64,000 nt of DNA from Nitrospirota bacterium (lineage in GTDB: Bacteria > Nitrospirota > Thermodesulfovibrionia > UBA6902 > JAJYJJ01), in assembly GCA_021789595.1 (NCBI GenBank), contig JAJYJJ010000005.1:44495-108494 (forward strand), in the 5' to 3' direction. Positions 9,778 to 20,787 of the stretch are shown here, piece after piece. The notes beneath the pieces are model-generated. The model searched no databases and was not told where the DNA came from. It saw only the letters and a program-made list of their open reading frames with translations. The translations under genes and the position numbers were made by a program. The stretch's first letter is position 1; each line of letters opens with the position of its first letter.

Positions 9778-10566
9778 TTACATCTCTAAATAGGAATGGG
9801 CATAGAGTGTCTTACCCAGAAATATATCAGTGGTCTTCATTACTGCCATCAGGTCCTTATCGAGGGGATTCATTATAGCAGCGGTTAACCCTTCATGCAT
9901 CAAAAGCGTCAAAAAGGTTCTATCAATCAGGCTCCGCATATCCTTTGGAGCGCCATTAGATATATTGCTTAAACCAACGACGGTCTTCATCGGAGGGTCA
10001 TTCAACTCCTGGAACATCCTGACAGCCTTTATTGCATGCATTGCATGGGACTGCATTGTGCAGACCTGGAGTATCAACGGGTCTAAAAAAAGGTCCTCAA
10101 GGGGGAGGCCGTATTCCATTGCCCTTGCCATTATCTCTGAGGCAATGGCAGCCCTCTCCTCTGCATCTGCAGGCAGCCCGCCTTTGCCAAGGGTTAACCC
10201 GATTACCTGTGCATTGTGCCTTGCTGCAAGCTCAAGCATAACAAACCTCTCAGGCTCATTTGAAGTGGAGTTTATAAGTGCGCGGCCCCACTGATTGTTG
10301 TGGGCCTTCAGCCCTGCCTCAAGGGCATTGGAATTTGTTGTATCGAGACACAAAGGAAGGGGGACAACCTCCTGTATTATATTTACCATCCATGTCATCA
10401 GATCCTCGCCCTTTTCCTCTGCAGGCCCAATATTCACATCAATCATATGGGCGCCTGCCTTCCACTGCGCAGATGCAATCTCCTGGATGGGCTTGGGATC
10501 CCTGTTTGTCATTGCCTCCCTGACCTTCTTTGCAATGATACTTATCTTTTCACCTATTACAATCAT
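9778..10566 (-). CDS. acsE: methyltetrahydrofolate:corrinoid Fe-S protein methyltransferase
   Basis: Pterin-binding barrel (IGEK, DVNIGP, LDTTN, INS, GLSNIS); adjacent to acsD-acsC. Confidence 0.9.
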   Translation of the reverse strand: MIVIGEKISIIAKKVREAMTNRDPKPIQEIASAQWKAGAHMIDVNIGPAEEKGEDLMTWMVNIIQEVVPLPLCLDTTNSNALEAGLKAHNNQWGRALINSTSNEPERFVMLELAARHNAQVIGLTLGKGGLPADAEERAAIASEIMARAMEYGLPLEDLFLDPLILQVCTMQSHAMHAIKAVRMFQELNDPPMKTVVGLSNISNGAPKDMRSLIDRTFLTLLMHEGLTAAIMNPLDKDLMAVMKTTDIFLGKTLYAHSYLEM

Positions 10567-10805
10567 CTCCTGTTGCTCCTTTCAGTGTCTGTATGTCCTC
10601 TGTTTTTCTATCTTTAAAGCGAAAAATCCCATGATCTAATAATGGGTTTTACATCATAGCATAAACCACAGCATATGGTAAAGAACTTTTTAGAATTATC
10701 CTGTTGAAAAATATAAATCTTATGATATAATAGTTTGGAGGTAGGGGGTTGATACAAAAAGGGAATGGGCTATTTTTAAAAAAACCTGAAAACTAAGGAG
10801 AGTCG

Positions 10806-11339
10806 ATGGATCTATCAGATATTATAAAAAAATATCTACGGACAAAGGATTCAGGGCTTCTTTCGATTAAGATAGAAGGTGATAGCCATCTTTTAAAGAT
10901 ATACTTTGAGCATGGGGAAGTTGTTTTCCTAACCCACGGCATCTGTAAAAATGAAGATTGTCTTAAGAAATTAAGTGCCCTCGTTCCTGTAGAGCATTTC
11001 TTTTTAAGAGGTGTAAAATCCCCGACAACATCCAAGGCACCCTTAACTGGGAGGCTTATAGAACTTACCGGGATGGGTGATGTAGAGTTAAGTGTAGAAA
11101 CAATGCCTCCAAGCCCAGGCCTCAATATCCAACCCCATAGGATTACGGCTGTCGAAGAAGAATTTATTGAATTGATTGGTCCTATAGGGAAAATGATCGT
11201 AGATAATCTCTTCTCTGAGATATCATATAGCCGTGGGAATCCCATGCCATCAGAGGATTATTCGTATTTTTTAGCATCTCTTATAAAAGAACTACCAGCT
11301 CAGCAACAGAGTTCTTTCAGTGGAAAAAATAAAATATAG
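10806..11339 (+). CDS. hypothetical protein, DUF4388/PatA-N-like N-terminus plus C-terminal IGPIG helical module
   Basis: SGLLSI...IYFEHGEVVF resembles DUF4388; ELIGPIGKMIV near the C-terminus; RBS AAGGAG. Confidence 0.55.
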   Translation: MDLSDIIKKYLRTKDSGLLSIKIEGDSHLLKIYFEHGEVVFLTHGICKNEDCLKKLSALVPVEHFFLRGVKSPTTSKAPLTGRLIELTGMGDVELSVETMPPSPGLNIQPHRITAVEEEFIELIGPIGKMIVDNLFSEISYSRGNPMPSEDYSYFLASLIKELPAQQQSSFSGKNKI

Positions 11340-11409
11340 ATTAAAGTAAAGTATAGAGAAAAAGGCTGTGCTGATGCTGGCAAAATAAAGAGAATGGAGG
11401 TAATAACTT

Positions 11410-12294
11410 ATGTTTAGAAATCTGAAATTAAGGGCAAGATTTACAGTTATCATGCTAATTGTTTATGTTCTTTCCCTTCCTGTTATGATCGTTGGGAGCT
11501 ATTATATCCTTAAAAAGAATGCGGTGAGGGAGATACTTGAGGAGTCAAATCTTATGCTGGCTGCAATGGAAGGGGCAAGAAAATATACCAATGATGTTCT
11601 TAGACCCGCAGTCACAAAAGAACTGCCCGACAAGTTTATTATTGAGGCGATGTCTGCTACTTTTGTAGCAAAGGGTATAGAAAAGAGGATCAGGGAAAAG
11701 CTTCCGAACTACTCCTTCAAGGAGGCAACTCTCAACCCCCTTAACCTCGTATATAAGGCTGATGATTTTGAGAGTAAAAAGATAGAAGATTTTCGGACAG
11801 GCAAACTGACAAAGGAATGGAGGGGATATAAGCATACAGATGCAGGCAGCTTCTATGTGGTAATGCGGCCTGTAGTGGTACAATCTGGCTGTCTCAGGTG
11901 CCACGGCGACCCTTCACTTGCACCTCCTGAGGTCAGGGAAAGATACGGGACAACCCATGGTTATGGTTGGAAGGTGGGTGAGATCCAAACTGCCAACTCC
12001 GTTTATGTGCCTGCTGATGTTCCTATAGAGAATGCAAGAAAGGCCCTTGTCTTGTTTTCCATTATATATAGCCTATTTTTCTTTGCAGTGATGGTTATTA
12101 TCGATAGAGTCATCATCGGCAGCATCATCAAGCCCATAGAGCAGTTTGTGGATGCGGCGGATGAGATAAGTCGTGGGAGATTTGAGAGGGAGTTTACTGT
12201 TAAGACCAATGATGAGATAAAGACCCTTGCGGAGGCATTCACCAGGATGAAACTAAGCTTGGCTAAGGCAATGGATATTATGAGGAGGAAATGA
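11410..12294 (+). CDS. membrane sensor with periplasmic c-type heme domain (DUF3365/Tll0287-like) and HAMP, no output domain
   Basis: TM - FKEATLNPLN...ADDFE...CLRCHG (CxxCH)...GYGWKVGEI - TM - HAMP (DEIKTLAEAFTRM), then stop. Confidence 0.82.
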   Translation: MFRNLKLRARFTVIMLIVYVLSLPVMIVGSYYILKKNAVREILEESNLMLAAMEGARKYTNDVLRPAVTKELPDKFIIEAMSATFVAKGIEKRIREKLPNYSFKEATLNPLNLVYKADDFESKKIEDFRTGKLTKEWRGYKHTDAGSFYVVMRPVVVQSGCLRCHGDPSLAPPEVRERYGTTHGYGWKVGEIQTANSVYVPADVPIENARKALVLFSIIYSLFFFAVMVIIDRVIIGSIIKPIEQFVDAADEISRGRFEREFTVKTNDEIKTLAEAFTRMKLSLAKAMDIMRRK

Positions 12295-13580
12295 TGAGTA
12301 AGGGTAAGGTTGTTGTTATCGATGATAGCCCTACTGTGAGAAAACTGGCCGAGGTGGTTCTTACAGAAGAGGGGTATAAGGTTTATGCAGCCGAAGACGG
12401 AGAGGATGGTCTCAAGATAGCCGAGGAGGTACTGCCCTCTGTAATACTCGTCGACTTTATAATGCCGAGGATGAACGGCTATCAGTTCTGTAAGATGGTA
12501 AGGAGTAATCAGTTCCTCAAGGATGTCCCTGTTATACTCATCACAGCAAAAGGCGAGGATGTGGGAGAGAAGTTCACAGAGAAGTTCGGTGTGGTAGACT
12601 ATTTTTTAAAGCCCTTTCAGCCAGAGGAACTCGTAGAGAAGGTGAATTCCATTGTCCAATCCCGGAGGACTGAAGAGGTAGCTGTTTTTGATGCATTGGA
12701 AGAAACCGAGGTTGCGGAGGCAGTTTACACAGCCGATATCGGTGAGACGGTTGACAGGGTGATAAAGAGATATTTCTATAAGGAGTTCCCGTCTTTACTT
12801 CAGAAAAGCATTGTCGATATCCTGAAACAGGCAGGTGTGATTAAGGCATCGACTATAACCCTCTCAGGATATCTTTCTGATTTCAGTCTCTTTGATATCC
12901 TTCAGCTAATAGATGCCGCTAAATCTACCGGAAAACTCTCTGTTTATTCTCCTGCCATGAGCTCGGAGATGTGCTTTGACAAAGGAAATATTGTATATGC
13001 TACAACCAGCAAGCAGGGAAGAAACATCTTAACCGGAGACCTCCTCGAAAAAAGGAAAAACATCCCAAAGGAGGTATTCAACCGCGCCCTTAAACTATCG
13101 AGGGAAACAGGGATCCCCATTCTCAGGGCCTTTGTTAATGGGGGAATCCTCTCTGAGAATGAGGTCATGGCTATACTGAGGGAGCTGATAGATGATGCCA
13201 TATATTCCATAATGGAGCTCGAGGCAGGAAACTTCTTCTTTGAGAAGATGGTGATACCTGAAAATCTCCTTGACATCCCCTTAAGGGTTAAGGCCTCCCA
13301 GCTCATTCTCGAGGGCGCAAGGAAGGTTGACGAGAGGAGATTCGCTGCCAAGATGTTTCAGGACAACAGTATTGTCTTTATGAGGCTTATGACAGATGTG
13401 GCAATGGAAGACATCAATCTCGATGAGAATGAGCTGAAGATATTCTCCCTTGTTGACGGCAAAAGAACCCTCGGTGATATAATCAAGATGAGTGGCATAG
13501 AGGAAAGGGAGGCAAAGAGGATATTTTATACGCTGACAAAGGTCGGGATTCTAAAAAAGAAATACAAGGAGGAGGCTTGA
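12291..13580 (+). CDS. response regulator with DUF4388 domain (PatA/PilG-like)
   Basis: Receiver IDDS...VDFIMPRMNG...KPF; LSGYLSDFSLFDILQLI...TGKL DUF4388 signature. Confidence 0.85.
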   Translation: MMSKGKVVVIDDSPTVRKLAEVVLTEEGYKVYAAEDGEDGLKIAEEVLPSVILVDFIMPRMNGYQFCKMVRSNQFLKDVPVILITAKGEDVGEKFTEKFGVVDYFLKPFQPEELVEKVNSIVQSRRTEEVAVFDALEETEVAEAVYTADIGETVDRVIKRYFYKEFPSLLQKSIVDILKQAGVIKASTITLSGYLSDFSLFDILQLIDAAKSTGKLSVYSPAMSSEMCFDKGNIVYATTSKQGRNILTGDLLEKRKNIPKEVFNRALKLSRETGIPILRAFVNGGILSENEVMAILRELIDDAIYSIMELEAGNFFFEKMVIPENLLDIPLRVKASQLILEGARKVDERRFAAKMFQDNSIVFMRLMTDVAMEDINLDENELKIFSLVDGKRTLGDIIKMSGIEEREAKRIFYTLTKVGILKKKYKEEA

Positions 13581-13946
13581 ATGGCAAGGATTCTTATTGC
13601 TGAGGACAGCCCTACAGACATCCAGTATATAAAGTCTGTACTGGCTGACACAGGACACGACCTATCAGTAGCAATGGATGGGGAAGAGGCCGAGAGGATG
13701 ATCAAGAACGAGCCCTTTGACCTGGTGATCCTCGATATTGTAATGCCAAAGAAGAATGGCTTTCAGGTATGCAGGGAGATTAAGAAAGACGAGAGGTTGA
13801 AGAGTATCCCTGTGATCATCCTGACATCAAAGGACCAGGCAAGTGATAAACTCTGGGGCGAGAAGCAGGGTGCAGATGAATACCTCACAAAACCCTGCGA
13901 GCCCATAGACCTGCTGCTTGCCGTGAAGAAACATCTAAGTCAGTGA
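13581..13946 (+). CDS. single-domain response regulator (PilH-like)
   Basis: AEDS, LDIVMPKKNGFQVCR, DKLWGEKQGADEYLTKP, typical of PilH. Confidence 0.88.
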   Translation: MARILIAEDSPTDIQYIKSVLADTGHDLSVAMDGEEAERMIKNEPFDLVILDIVMPKKNGFQVCREIKKDERLKSIPVIILTSKDQASDKLWGEKQGADEYLTKPCEPIDLLLAVKKHLSQ

Positions 13947-14371
13947 AAAAGCAGGCAGAAGAAGGTCCGTTGGAAGAGTCAACCTACTGTGTCTTCAAGG
14001 TAGGTGAGAGGGATTTTCTCTTGCGGGTTGAACAGGTGAGAGAGGTCATAGATGTGTCGCCATTATTTCCTGTCCCGATGGCGCCTGAGTATATATATGG
14101 GGTGGTTCCTTTGCGTGGCAGGATAATCCCTGCCATAGACCTGTCAAAGATTTATCCAACAGGTGAAGCTGTATATAATGATGCAAAGCTCGTAGTCGTT
14201 GATGTAGAAGTTGAACTTATGAGGGAGGTTATAAATGAGAACATCGGCTTTATCTCAGAGGGTCTGCCATACTTTGTGACATTTGGTTCTGATATACCTG
14301 CTGATGATACTATAGATATAAAGAGTTTTTTCGAGACCTTTCGTGTAAAGGAGACGTATGGCAGAGTTTGA
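13943..14371 (+). CDS. cheW: CheW-like coupling protein
   Basis: VREVI...PVPMAPEYIYGVVPLRGRIIPAIDL. Confidence 0.88.
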   Translation: MKKQAEEGPLEESTYCVFKVGERDFLLRVEQVREVIDVSPLFPVPMAPEYIYGVVPLRGRIIPAIDLSKIYPTGEAVYNDAKLVVVDVEVELMREVINENIGFISEGLPYFVTFGSDIPADDTIDIKSFFETFRVKETYGRV

Positions 14372-16667
14372 CCGCTCAGAGCTTCTCGAGTATTTCCTTT
14401 CAGAAGCGGATGACCACATAACTACCCTTGACAGGGGAATATCTGAAATCGAGACTGCCTCTGATAGTGATGCACTTATAGAGGACCTCTTCAGGGCTGC
14501 TCACACACTTAAAGGTGCAGCAGCCCTTGTGAAACTCACCACCACAAGTAACATCGCCCACAGGATGGAGGATATACTCGAAGAGCTTAATGAGAAAAAA
14601 AGAAAACTAAGTAAGAATATCGTAGATTTGTTGTTATACATGCTTGATACAATAAAAGGGCTGATACATGATATAGCACAGGGCAGAGGAGAGGATCATA
14701 AAGTAGAACAACAGGTGTTCGCTAAAATTGATGAAATAATGGCCAAAGAGGAGGCAGTAGTTGTTTCTCCTGAACTTATACCCCAGAAAACCTCCGATCT
14801 TTCAGTTACCACTGGCCCAGCAGTTCCAGAAAAACGCGAGGCTATCGGCAGGAGAAAGGAGGACTTCGAATTCTTCTCAGGTAATTTTGTCAAGGTTGAT
14901 GTCCGGAAGGTCGAAGAGATGCTGAATCTAATAGGCGAAATAACTATTAAGAAGAATTACCTGATGCAGAGGACGAAGGAGACAGGAGAGATATCAGACG
15001 AGATATTTTTTGCAGGCAGAAGGCTGCTTAAGGAGATCACCGACTTTGCTGATAGATATGCATACTCTTTGCCTGACAATGTGAAATATATCGATCCCCT
15101 CCTTTCAGAGTTTGGTGAGCTTGAGTTCGATAGATACGACGAGTTGAATCTCTTTTCGAGAAAACTCTATGAGATAACAAATGATATAACAGAGGCGCTG
15201 AAAGAGCTCTCTGAGTTTTTTGAGTCCTTCGGTGATGATGTTAAGACAATAGGTAACATGATAAAGTTGTTAAGGTCTGACATCTCTGAGGCCAGGATGA
15301 TAGATATAGGCAGACTGTTTCAGCGCTTTGTGAGACCCATAAAGGAGATGGCAAGGCAACATGACAGGAAGGTCGAACTCCTTATATCGGGCGGTGATAC
15401 AAAGATCGATAAGGTGATATTTGAAAGGCTTTTTGACCCCCTTATGCATATAGTCAGGAATGCCGTAAGCCACGGAATAGAAAAGCCAGACGAGAGGCTA
15501 AAGAAGGGGAAGAAAGAGGAAGGTCTGATCTTTCTCTCTGCAAGGAGGGAAGGTAATACCGTTGTTATAGAGGTGAATGACAATGGTAGAGGTATAGATA
15601 TGGATAGGTTGTTTGAGGAAGCTATCAAAAAGGGTTTTTTAAATCCTGATAACAAGCCACTGAAGGAAGATCTTATTCCATTGATCTTTGTGCCTGGTTT
15701 TACAACCACAGAGAGCGCTGATATGGCATCAGGTAGAGGGATAGGGATGAGTGCTGTAAGGAGGCAGGTATCAGCCATTAATGGCGTGGTTGAAGTGGAT
15801 ACCGATGTTGGCTGGGGCACAACATTCAGGATTAAGGTGCCTTCATCTCTGGCGATAACGAATGTGATAGTCTTCCAATCGGATAATATAGAATTTGTAA
15901 TGCCTGCAAGCCTCATAGAGGAGATAATACAGACTGATATTACGGCTGAAGAAGAAACCCCTGGTATGATAGATTACAGGGGTAAGGATATTCATGCCAA
16001 GAATCTCTCGGAGATGTTCGGTATTACCCGGAAAGCAGACAAGTTAAACAGGCCTGTAATCATATGTAATATTACTGATAAAAAGGCTGGTTTGATTGTT
16101 GATGAGATAGTAGGACAGGAAGAGACCATAATAAAGCCCCTGAATCGTTTCCTGGGTGGATTACACATCTACTCTGGAACAACTATATCAGGTGATGGAA
16201 GGGTGAGATTCGTATTAAATCCCATGCGGATATTCGAAGAACAGATCCAGCCTGCTGCCATCAAGCCTATGGCTGATGAAGGTTACGAAGGCAGAAGGAT
16301 TCTCATTGTTGACGATTCTCTAAGTGTTAGAAAGTATGTGAGTACCTTCCTTGAGGCAAGGAGATTCAAGGTTTACAGTGCATCCAATGGTGCCGAGGCA
16401 TTGAATCTTCTTGAAGAGATACCTGTTGATATGATTATCACAGACCTCGAAATGCCTGTGATGCACGGCTATGAACTGATAAACAGAATAAAGAGTTCAG
16501 AAAGACTGAAGGAGATACCGGTCATTGTCCTTACATCGAGAAGCGCTGAGAAACATAGAGAAAAGGCCCTGGAGAGCGGAGCGGAAGACTACCTTGTGAA
16601 GCCTTTCGACGAGAAGTCCCTCTCGGAAATCTTGAGAAAATACCTATCCACTGCTGATCTGACGTGA
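14358..16667 (+). CDS. cheA: hybrid CheA-type histidine kinase with receiver (ChpA/PilL-like)
   Basis: Hpt LFRAAHTLKG, HATPase HIVRNAVSHGIE/DNGRG/SGRGIGM, CheW domain, C-terminal receiver. Confidence 0.92.
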   Translation: MAEFDRSELLEYFLSEADDHITTLDRGISEIETASDSDALIEDLFRAAHTLKGAAALVKLTTTSNIAHRMEDILEELNEKKRKLSKNIVDLLLYMLDTIKGLIHDIAQGRGEDHKVEQQVFAKIDEIMAKEEAVVVSPELIPQKTSDLSVTTGPAVPEKREAIGRRKEDFEFFSGNFVKVDVRKVEEMLNLIGEITIKKNYLMQRTKETGEISDEIFFAGRRLLKEITDFADRYAYSLPDNVKYIDPLLSEFGELEFDRYDELNLFSRKLYEITNDITEALKELSEFFESFGDDVKTIGNMIKLLRSDISEARMIDIGRLFQRFVRPIKEMARQHDRKVELLISGGDTKIDKVIFERLFDPLMHIVRNAVSHGIEKPDERLKKGKKEEGLIFLSARREGNTVVIEVNDNGRGIDMDRLFEEAIKKGFLNPDNKPLKEDLIPLIFVPGFTTTESADMASGRGIGMSAVRRQVSAINGVVEVDTDVGWGTTFRIKVPSSLAITNVIVFQSDNIEFVMPASLIEEIIQTDITAEEETPGMIDYRGKDIHAKNLSEMFGITRKADKLNRPVIICNITDKKAGLIVDEIVGQEETIIKPLNRFLGGLHIYSGTTISGDGRVRFVLNPMRIFEEQIQPAAIKPMADEGYEGRRILIVDDSLSVRKYVSTFLEARRFKVYSASNGAEALNLLEEIPVDMIITDLEMPVMHGYELINRIKSSERLKEIPVIVLTSRSAEKHREKALESGAEDYLVKPFDEKSLSEILRKYLSTADLT

Positions 16668-16696
16668 AATACTCGTTATCTATCATCCAGTATCAT

Positions 16697-18520
16697 CTAT
16701 ACCGTCGCACTTTCCGCTTCAGGCAATTTGAATCGTTCAACAGAGGATATAAGGGCATTGGATGTGCCTGAAAGGGATGCCGAGATGTTCGAGACATCCT
16801 TAACGAGGTCCAGCATCTCTCTGGTTATCCTCTGTACCTCCTCCGTAGAGAGAACGATTTTTGATGTGAGCTCCTTCTGAGTATCTACAGAGGTATTTAT
16901 CTCTGATATAACAGTCACCATATCTTTTATAGAGGTATCGATCTCTCTGAAGGCAACCCCTGTATCTGTTGCAAGCTTGGTCTCCATCTCGACATAGCTG
17001 GTCTCTTCTTCTATGTGTTTAGTAACCCCTGCGGACTCCACTTGAATGGTACTTGTTATCTCTCCGATCTGTTTCGCCGATTTTGAAGCCTTTTCAGCAA
17101 GACTTCTGATCTCATCGGCTATAACAACAAAACCCTTGCCCTGCTCACCTGCCCTGGCTGCCTCGATTGATGCATTTATGGCAAGGAGATTAGTTCTATT
17201 GGCAATCTCTGTGATGAGCTGTGAGATCGTCCCTATCTCCATCAACCTCTCGGAAAGATACTTCATCCTCTTATTTATGGCCTGAACGGTGACTCTTATA
17301 AGCTGTATTCCATCTATGGATTCAAGCACCAATTTATTACCTTTACCTATTGCCTCAACCACTAATCCAAAAATCCTCTGCGACTGTTTGGTCTTCTCAG
17401 TGATATCTGTTGCTGATTGAGCAGCGTCTTCCACAGCCTCCCTTGCATGCCTCACCTCTACAGTCTGCAGCTCAGAGCCCTCTTCCATTTCCTTCAAAAC
17501 ACTCAGTATCTTTGAACTCTCCCTGTTGACATCCTGGGCTGAGCTTCTAACTTTTTCAATTAGTTCTGTAAGACCCTCTACCATGAGATTAAAGGCATCC
17601 CCGATGGAACCAAAGATGTCAGGTGTAACCTCAGCATTTTGAGTGAGGTCTCCTTCAGAGGCAGAGCTTAAGAGGTTCAAGAAATTAATGATATTTTCCT
17701 GGGACCTAGTTCTTTCTTCCTCGCTCTGGACGAATACCTTAAGCCTGTCAATGGTATCATTAAGGGTCTTTGCCAGTTCGCCAAGCTCGTCACCCCTCGT
17801 CCACCTAATCTTTCTGGATAAGTCTCCTTCACCCATAGCCTTTGCTATCCTGGTCAGATCGTGGACAGGATATGTTATCTGCCTCAGGATGAACAGATAG
17901 AAGAGTCCACCGAACACCACCAAGGCGGATAGAGCAATAATTGCACCTAACTGTAGTCTTTTATATGTAAGTGCTTCCACCTGTTTTTGCATTGCTGTGG
18001 TTTTCTCTCTCTGGGTATTCATCATGTCCAGGATTTTCTCTCTGAAACTCCGCCACTTGGGCGTTTCAGCAGAGGTAAGGAGTGCAATCGCATCTTTTGG
18101 TTTTCCTTCGATAGCAAGACCCTGGATTTGCAGTCTTATTTTATGCAATTCATTCCATTCAGATAAAATGTTTTGTAATTCTCTGGCCATATCCTGTGGT
18201 GCAATCTTGATAGCCTCCTCATTGGCCTTTATAAACGCCTCATTGGCCTTTTTATAAAAATCTATAGCTGCACTATCATTAGGGGCCAAGATGATCTGTC
18301 TTGTTGTTCCACCCCCCTGGATTCCAAAGGCGTGCATGCTATTAAGGTAAATCAGCAGTGCCTCATCCTTTTGAACAAAATCCCTGAATGTGTCATTTAT
18401 ATCCCTTGCTGCTATAAGGGTAATTCCAATTGCCACAAGAAATGTGGCTATCATTACAAAACCACCGATAAGGAACTTTTTGGTAATGCTCAGCTTTACC
18501 ATACTAACCTCCCTAGCCAT
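16697..18520 (-). CDS. methyl-accepting chemotaxis protein (PilJ-like)
   Basis: Two TMs, [38 protein letters not shown]. Confidence 0.93.
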   Translation of the reverse strand: MAREVSMVKLSITKKFLIGGFVMIATFLVAIGITLIAARDINDTFRDFVQKDEALLIYLNSMHAFGIQGGGTTRQIILAPNDSAAIDFYKKANEAFIKANEEAIKIAPQDMARELQNILSEWNELHKIRLQIQGLAIEGKPKDAIALLTSAETPKWRSFREKILDMMNTQREKTTAMQKQVEALTYKRLQLGAIIALSALVVFGGLFYLFILRQITYPVHDLTRIAKAMGEGDLSRKIRWTRGDELGELAKTLNDTIDRLKVFVQSEEERTRSQENIINFLNLLSSASEGDLTQNAEVTPDIFGSIGDAFNLMVEGLTELIEKVRSSAQDVNRESSKILSVLKEMEEGSELQTVEVRHAREAVEDAAQSATDITEKTKQSQRIFGLVVEAIGKGNKLVLESIDGIQLIRVTVQAINKRMKYLSERLMEIGTISQLITEIANRTNLLAINASIEAARAGEQGKGFVVIADEIRSLAEKASKSAKQIGEITSTIQVESAGVTKHIEEETSYVEMETKLATDTGVAFREIDTSIKDMVTVISEINTSVDTQKELTSKIVLSTEEVQRITREMLDLVKDVSNISASLSGTSNALISSVERFKLPEAESATV

Positions 18521-18702
18521 TCTTTAATTAAATTAAAGACTCAAAGCTGAAAGTCTTAATCATCGATAAATACTACTATAATATTAAAGGCTTGTCAATA
18601 AGGATTGTTGAGACCCCTTGAGGACTTTGAGCATATAATCAATCTGCCGATTATAAAAACTCTGAAACTTACCTACGCCTACATCCTGGAATACATTGAT
18701 AA

Positions 18703-18731
18703 TTGACAGATGCATGGAAATACTTTATAGT
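18703..18731 (+). promoter_or_regulatory. sigma70 promoter for nadB, probably leaderless
   Basis: TTGACA(18703-08)-N17-TATAGT(18726-31), 7 nt before ATG 18739; no SD. Confidence 0.7.
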
Positions 18732-18738
18732 TGCCTTT

Positions 18739-20310
18739 ATGAGGACAGAGGTTGTGGATTATCTTGTCATCGGCAGTGGGGTTGCAGGCCTGAGGGCCGC
18801 TATTGAGCTTGCACCCCATGGCAGGGTTCTTGTTGTCACAAAGGATAAGCCAACAGAGGGGAGCACAGAATATGCACAGGGCGGGGTTGCAGTTGCACTC
18901 AGCGATGAAGACGAGGTTCACATCCACCTGTCTGATACGATCAAGGCAGGCGACGGCCTGTGTAAGAGGGAGGCTGTAAAGGTCCTTGTGGAGGAGGGGC
19001 CGGCAAGGATCGTTGAGCTGATATCATGGGGGGCAGAGTTTGACAGAGAGGGCATGAGGCTTGCTTTCACGCTTGAGGCAGCCCATTCAAGGAAGAGGAT
19101 ACTCCATGCACATGGTGATGCAACAGGCAGAGAGATAGAGCGTGTCCTTTTAAAAAAGGTGCGTTCGATTAATACAATCTCCAGATACCCGTTTGCATTT
19201 ACCCTTGACCTCATTGTTGAGGATGGCAGGTGCTGTGGCGCCTTTCTGCTCAGGGAGGGAGAGGTTACTGCAATCCTCTCAAGGGCAGTAATCCTTGCAA
19301 CTGGCGGCTTAGGCCAGCTCTTTGCAAGGACAACCAATCCGCCTGTTGCAACAGGTGATGGAATGGCCATTGCATTCAGGGCAGGGGCCGTCCTGGAGGA
19401 TATGGAGTTTGTCCAGTTTCATCCAACAAGCCTCTATTATCCATCAGCCCCACAGTTTCTTTTAAGCGAGGCCATGCGGGGCGAAGGCGCAATACTCAGA
19501 AACATCCATGGAGGGCAATTTATGTCCTCATATCACCCTATGGCAGAGCTTGCACCAAGGGATGTGGTATCAAGGGCAATAATTTCAGAGATGGTAAGGA
19601 CAAAAAGCAAGAATGTATTTCTCGACCTCACCCACCTTGATGGAAGGTTTATAAAAAATAGGTTTCCAAGGATATATTCCACATGCCTTCAATATGATAT
19701 AGATATCACAGAGGAACCAGTACCTGTCTCCCCTGCCGCACATTATATGATGGGTGGCGTATGGACAGACCTTAATGGTCAGACCAGCATAGATGGACTT
19801 TTTGCAGCAGGTGAGGTTGCATGCACAGGTGTCCACGGAGCCAACAGGCTTGCCTCCAATAGTCTGCTTGAAGGGCTTGTGTATGGTGCAAGGGCAGGCC
19901 AGGCTGCTGCCTCCTATGGGGAGGCCGCTGGTCCTCAAAAAATGGATATTCCTGAGCCTGAATATAAAAGACCAAAAAGGGATTTTGACCCCGAAAAGAT
20001 AAGGAGTTCCCTTAGAAAGCTCCTGTGGGAAAGGGTTGGGATAATAAGGTGCGCCCGTTCGCTTACAGAGGCAAAGACAAGGCTGTCTAAATGGACAGTC
20101 ATATCAGAGATGGACTTCAGGGATAGGAGGCTGCTTGAGCTAAAGAATATGCTTACGGTTGCGATGCTGATAACAGAGGCAGCACTGAGGAGAGAGGGCA
20201 GCGTCGGTGCCCATTACAGGTCAGATTTCCCGGCAAGGGGTAAAAACTGGCAGAGGCACATAAACATAAGGAAAGAGGGTTCAGGATTCAGGATGAATAG
20301 TGCATCTTGA
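18739..20310 (+). CDS. nadB: L-aspartate oxidase
   Basis: IGSGVAG, YAQGG, EAAHS, EFVQFHPT, SEAMRGEG, APRDVVSR, HGANRLASNSLLE. Start moved to ATG 18739 because the track's TTG start is the -35 box. Confidence 0.95.
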   Translation: MRTEVVDYLVIGSGVAGLRAAIELAPHGRVLVVTKDKPTEGSTEYAQGGVAVALSDEDEVHIHLSDTIKAGDGLCKREAVKVLVEEGPARIVELISWGAEFDREGMRLAFTLEAAHSRKRILHAHGDATGREIERVLLKKVRSINTISRYPFAFTLDLIVEDGRCCGAFLLREGEVTAILSRAVILATGGLGQLFARTTNPPVATGDGMAIAFRAGAVLEDMEFVQFHPTSLYYPSAPQFLLSEAMRGEGAILRNIHGGQFMSSYHPMAELAPRDVVSRAIISEMVRTKSKNVFLDLTHLDGRFIKNRFPRIYSTCLQYDIDITEEPVPVSPAAHYMMGGVWTDLNGQTSIDGLFAAGEVACTGVHGANRLASNSLLEGLVYGARAGQAAASYGEAAGPQKMDIPEPEYKRPKRDFDPEKIRSSLRKLLWERVGIIRCARSLTEAKTRLSKWTVISEMDFRDRRLLELKNMLTVAMLITEAALRREGSVGAHYRSDFPARGKNWQRHINIRKEGSGFRMNSAS

Positions 20311-20367
20311 AGTATGGGGCATTGCGGGCAAGCTCACAATTCTGCGACAATTCAGGTATAATAATCC

Positions 20368-20775
20368 ATGGTTGAAAAGACAAGGCCGAACCTGAATTTT
20401 ATCCTCCTCTGCGATGATGTAAGACAGGAGATGGGAGGAAAGATAAGTCTTATGGGCATATTCGAGAGTATATATGCGACCAGCTTTCCTGCCATCCATC
20501 CAAAGCTGGCAATTGTAAATGAATGGGCTGACGGTATAGGAGAGTTTGATGCGGCCCTCAGGATACTTTCACCCGACAGAAAAACTATCATAAGGGAAAA
20601 TGTGACAAGGCTGAAACTCGTTAATGCCCGATACAGACACAGGGATGTATCCATACACCTGAACATCGAGTTCAAGGAGCCCGGGACATATTGGATAGAG
20701 AACTATCTTGACGGCGTTTTAATAAATTCAGTCCCTTTAAATGTAATCCATATAAAGGAGAAATCCTTCCATTAA
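20368..20775 (+). CDS. conserved beta-sandwich hypothetical protein (DUF6941-like)
   Basis: LLCDDVRQE-GGKISLMGIF...F--PGTYW pattern. Confidence 0.65.
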   Translation: MVEKTRPNLNFILLCDDVRQEMGGKISLMGIFESIYATSFPAIHPKLAIVNEWADGIGEFDAALRILSPDRKTIIRENVTRLKLVNARYRHRDVSIHLNIEFKEPGTYWIENYLDGVLINSVPLNVIHIKEKSFH

Positions 20776-20787
20776 GGGTGCCCCGCG

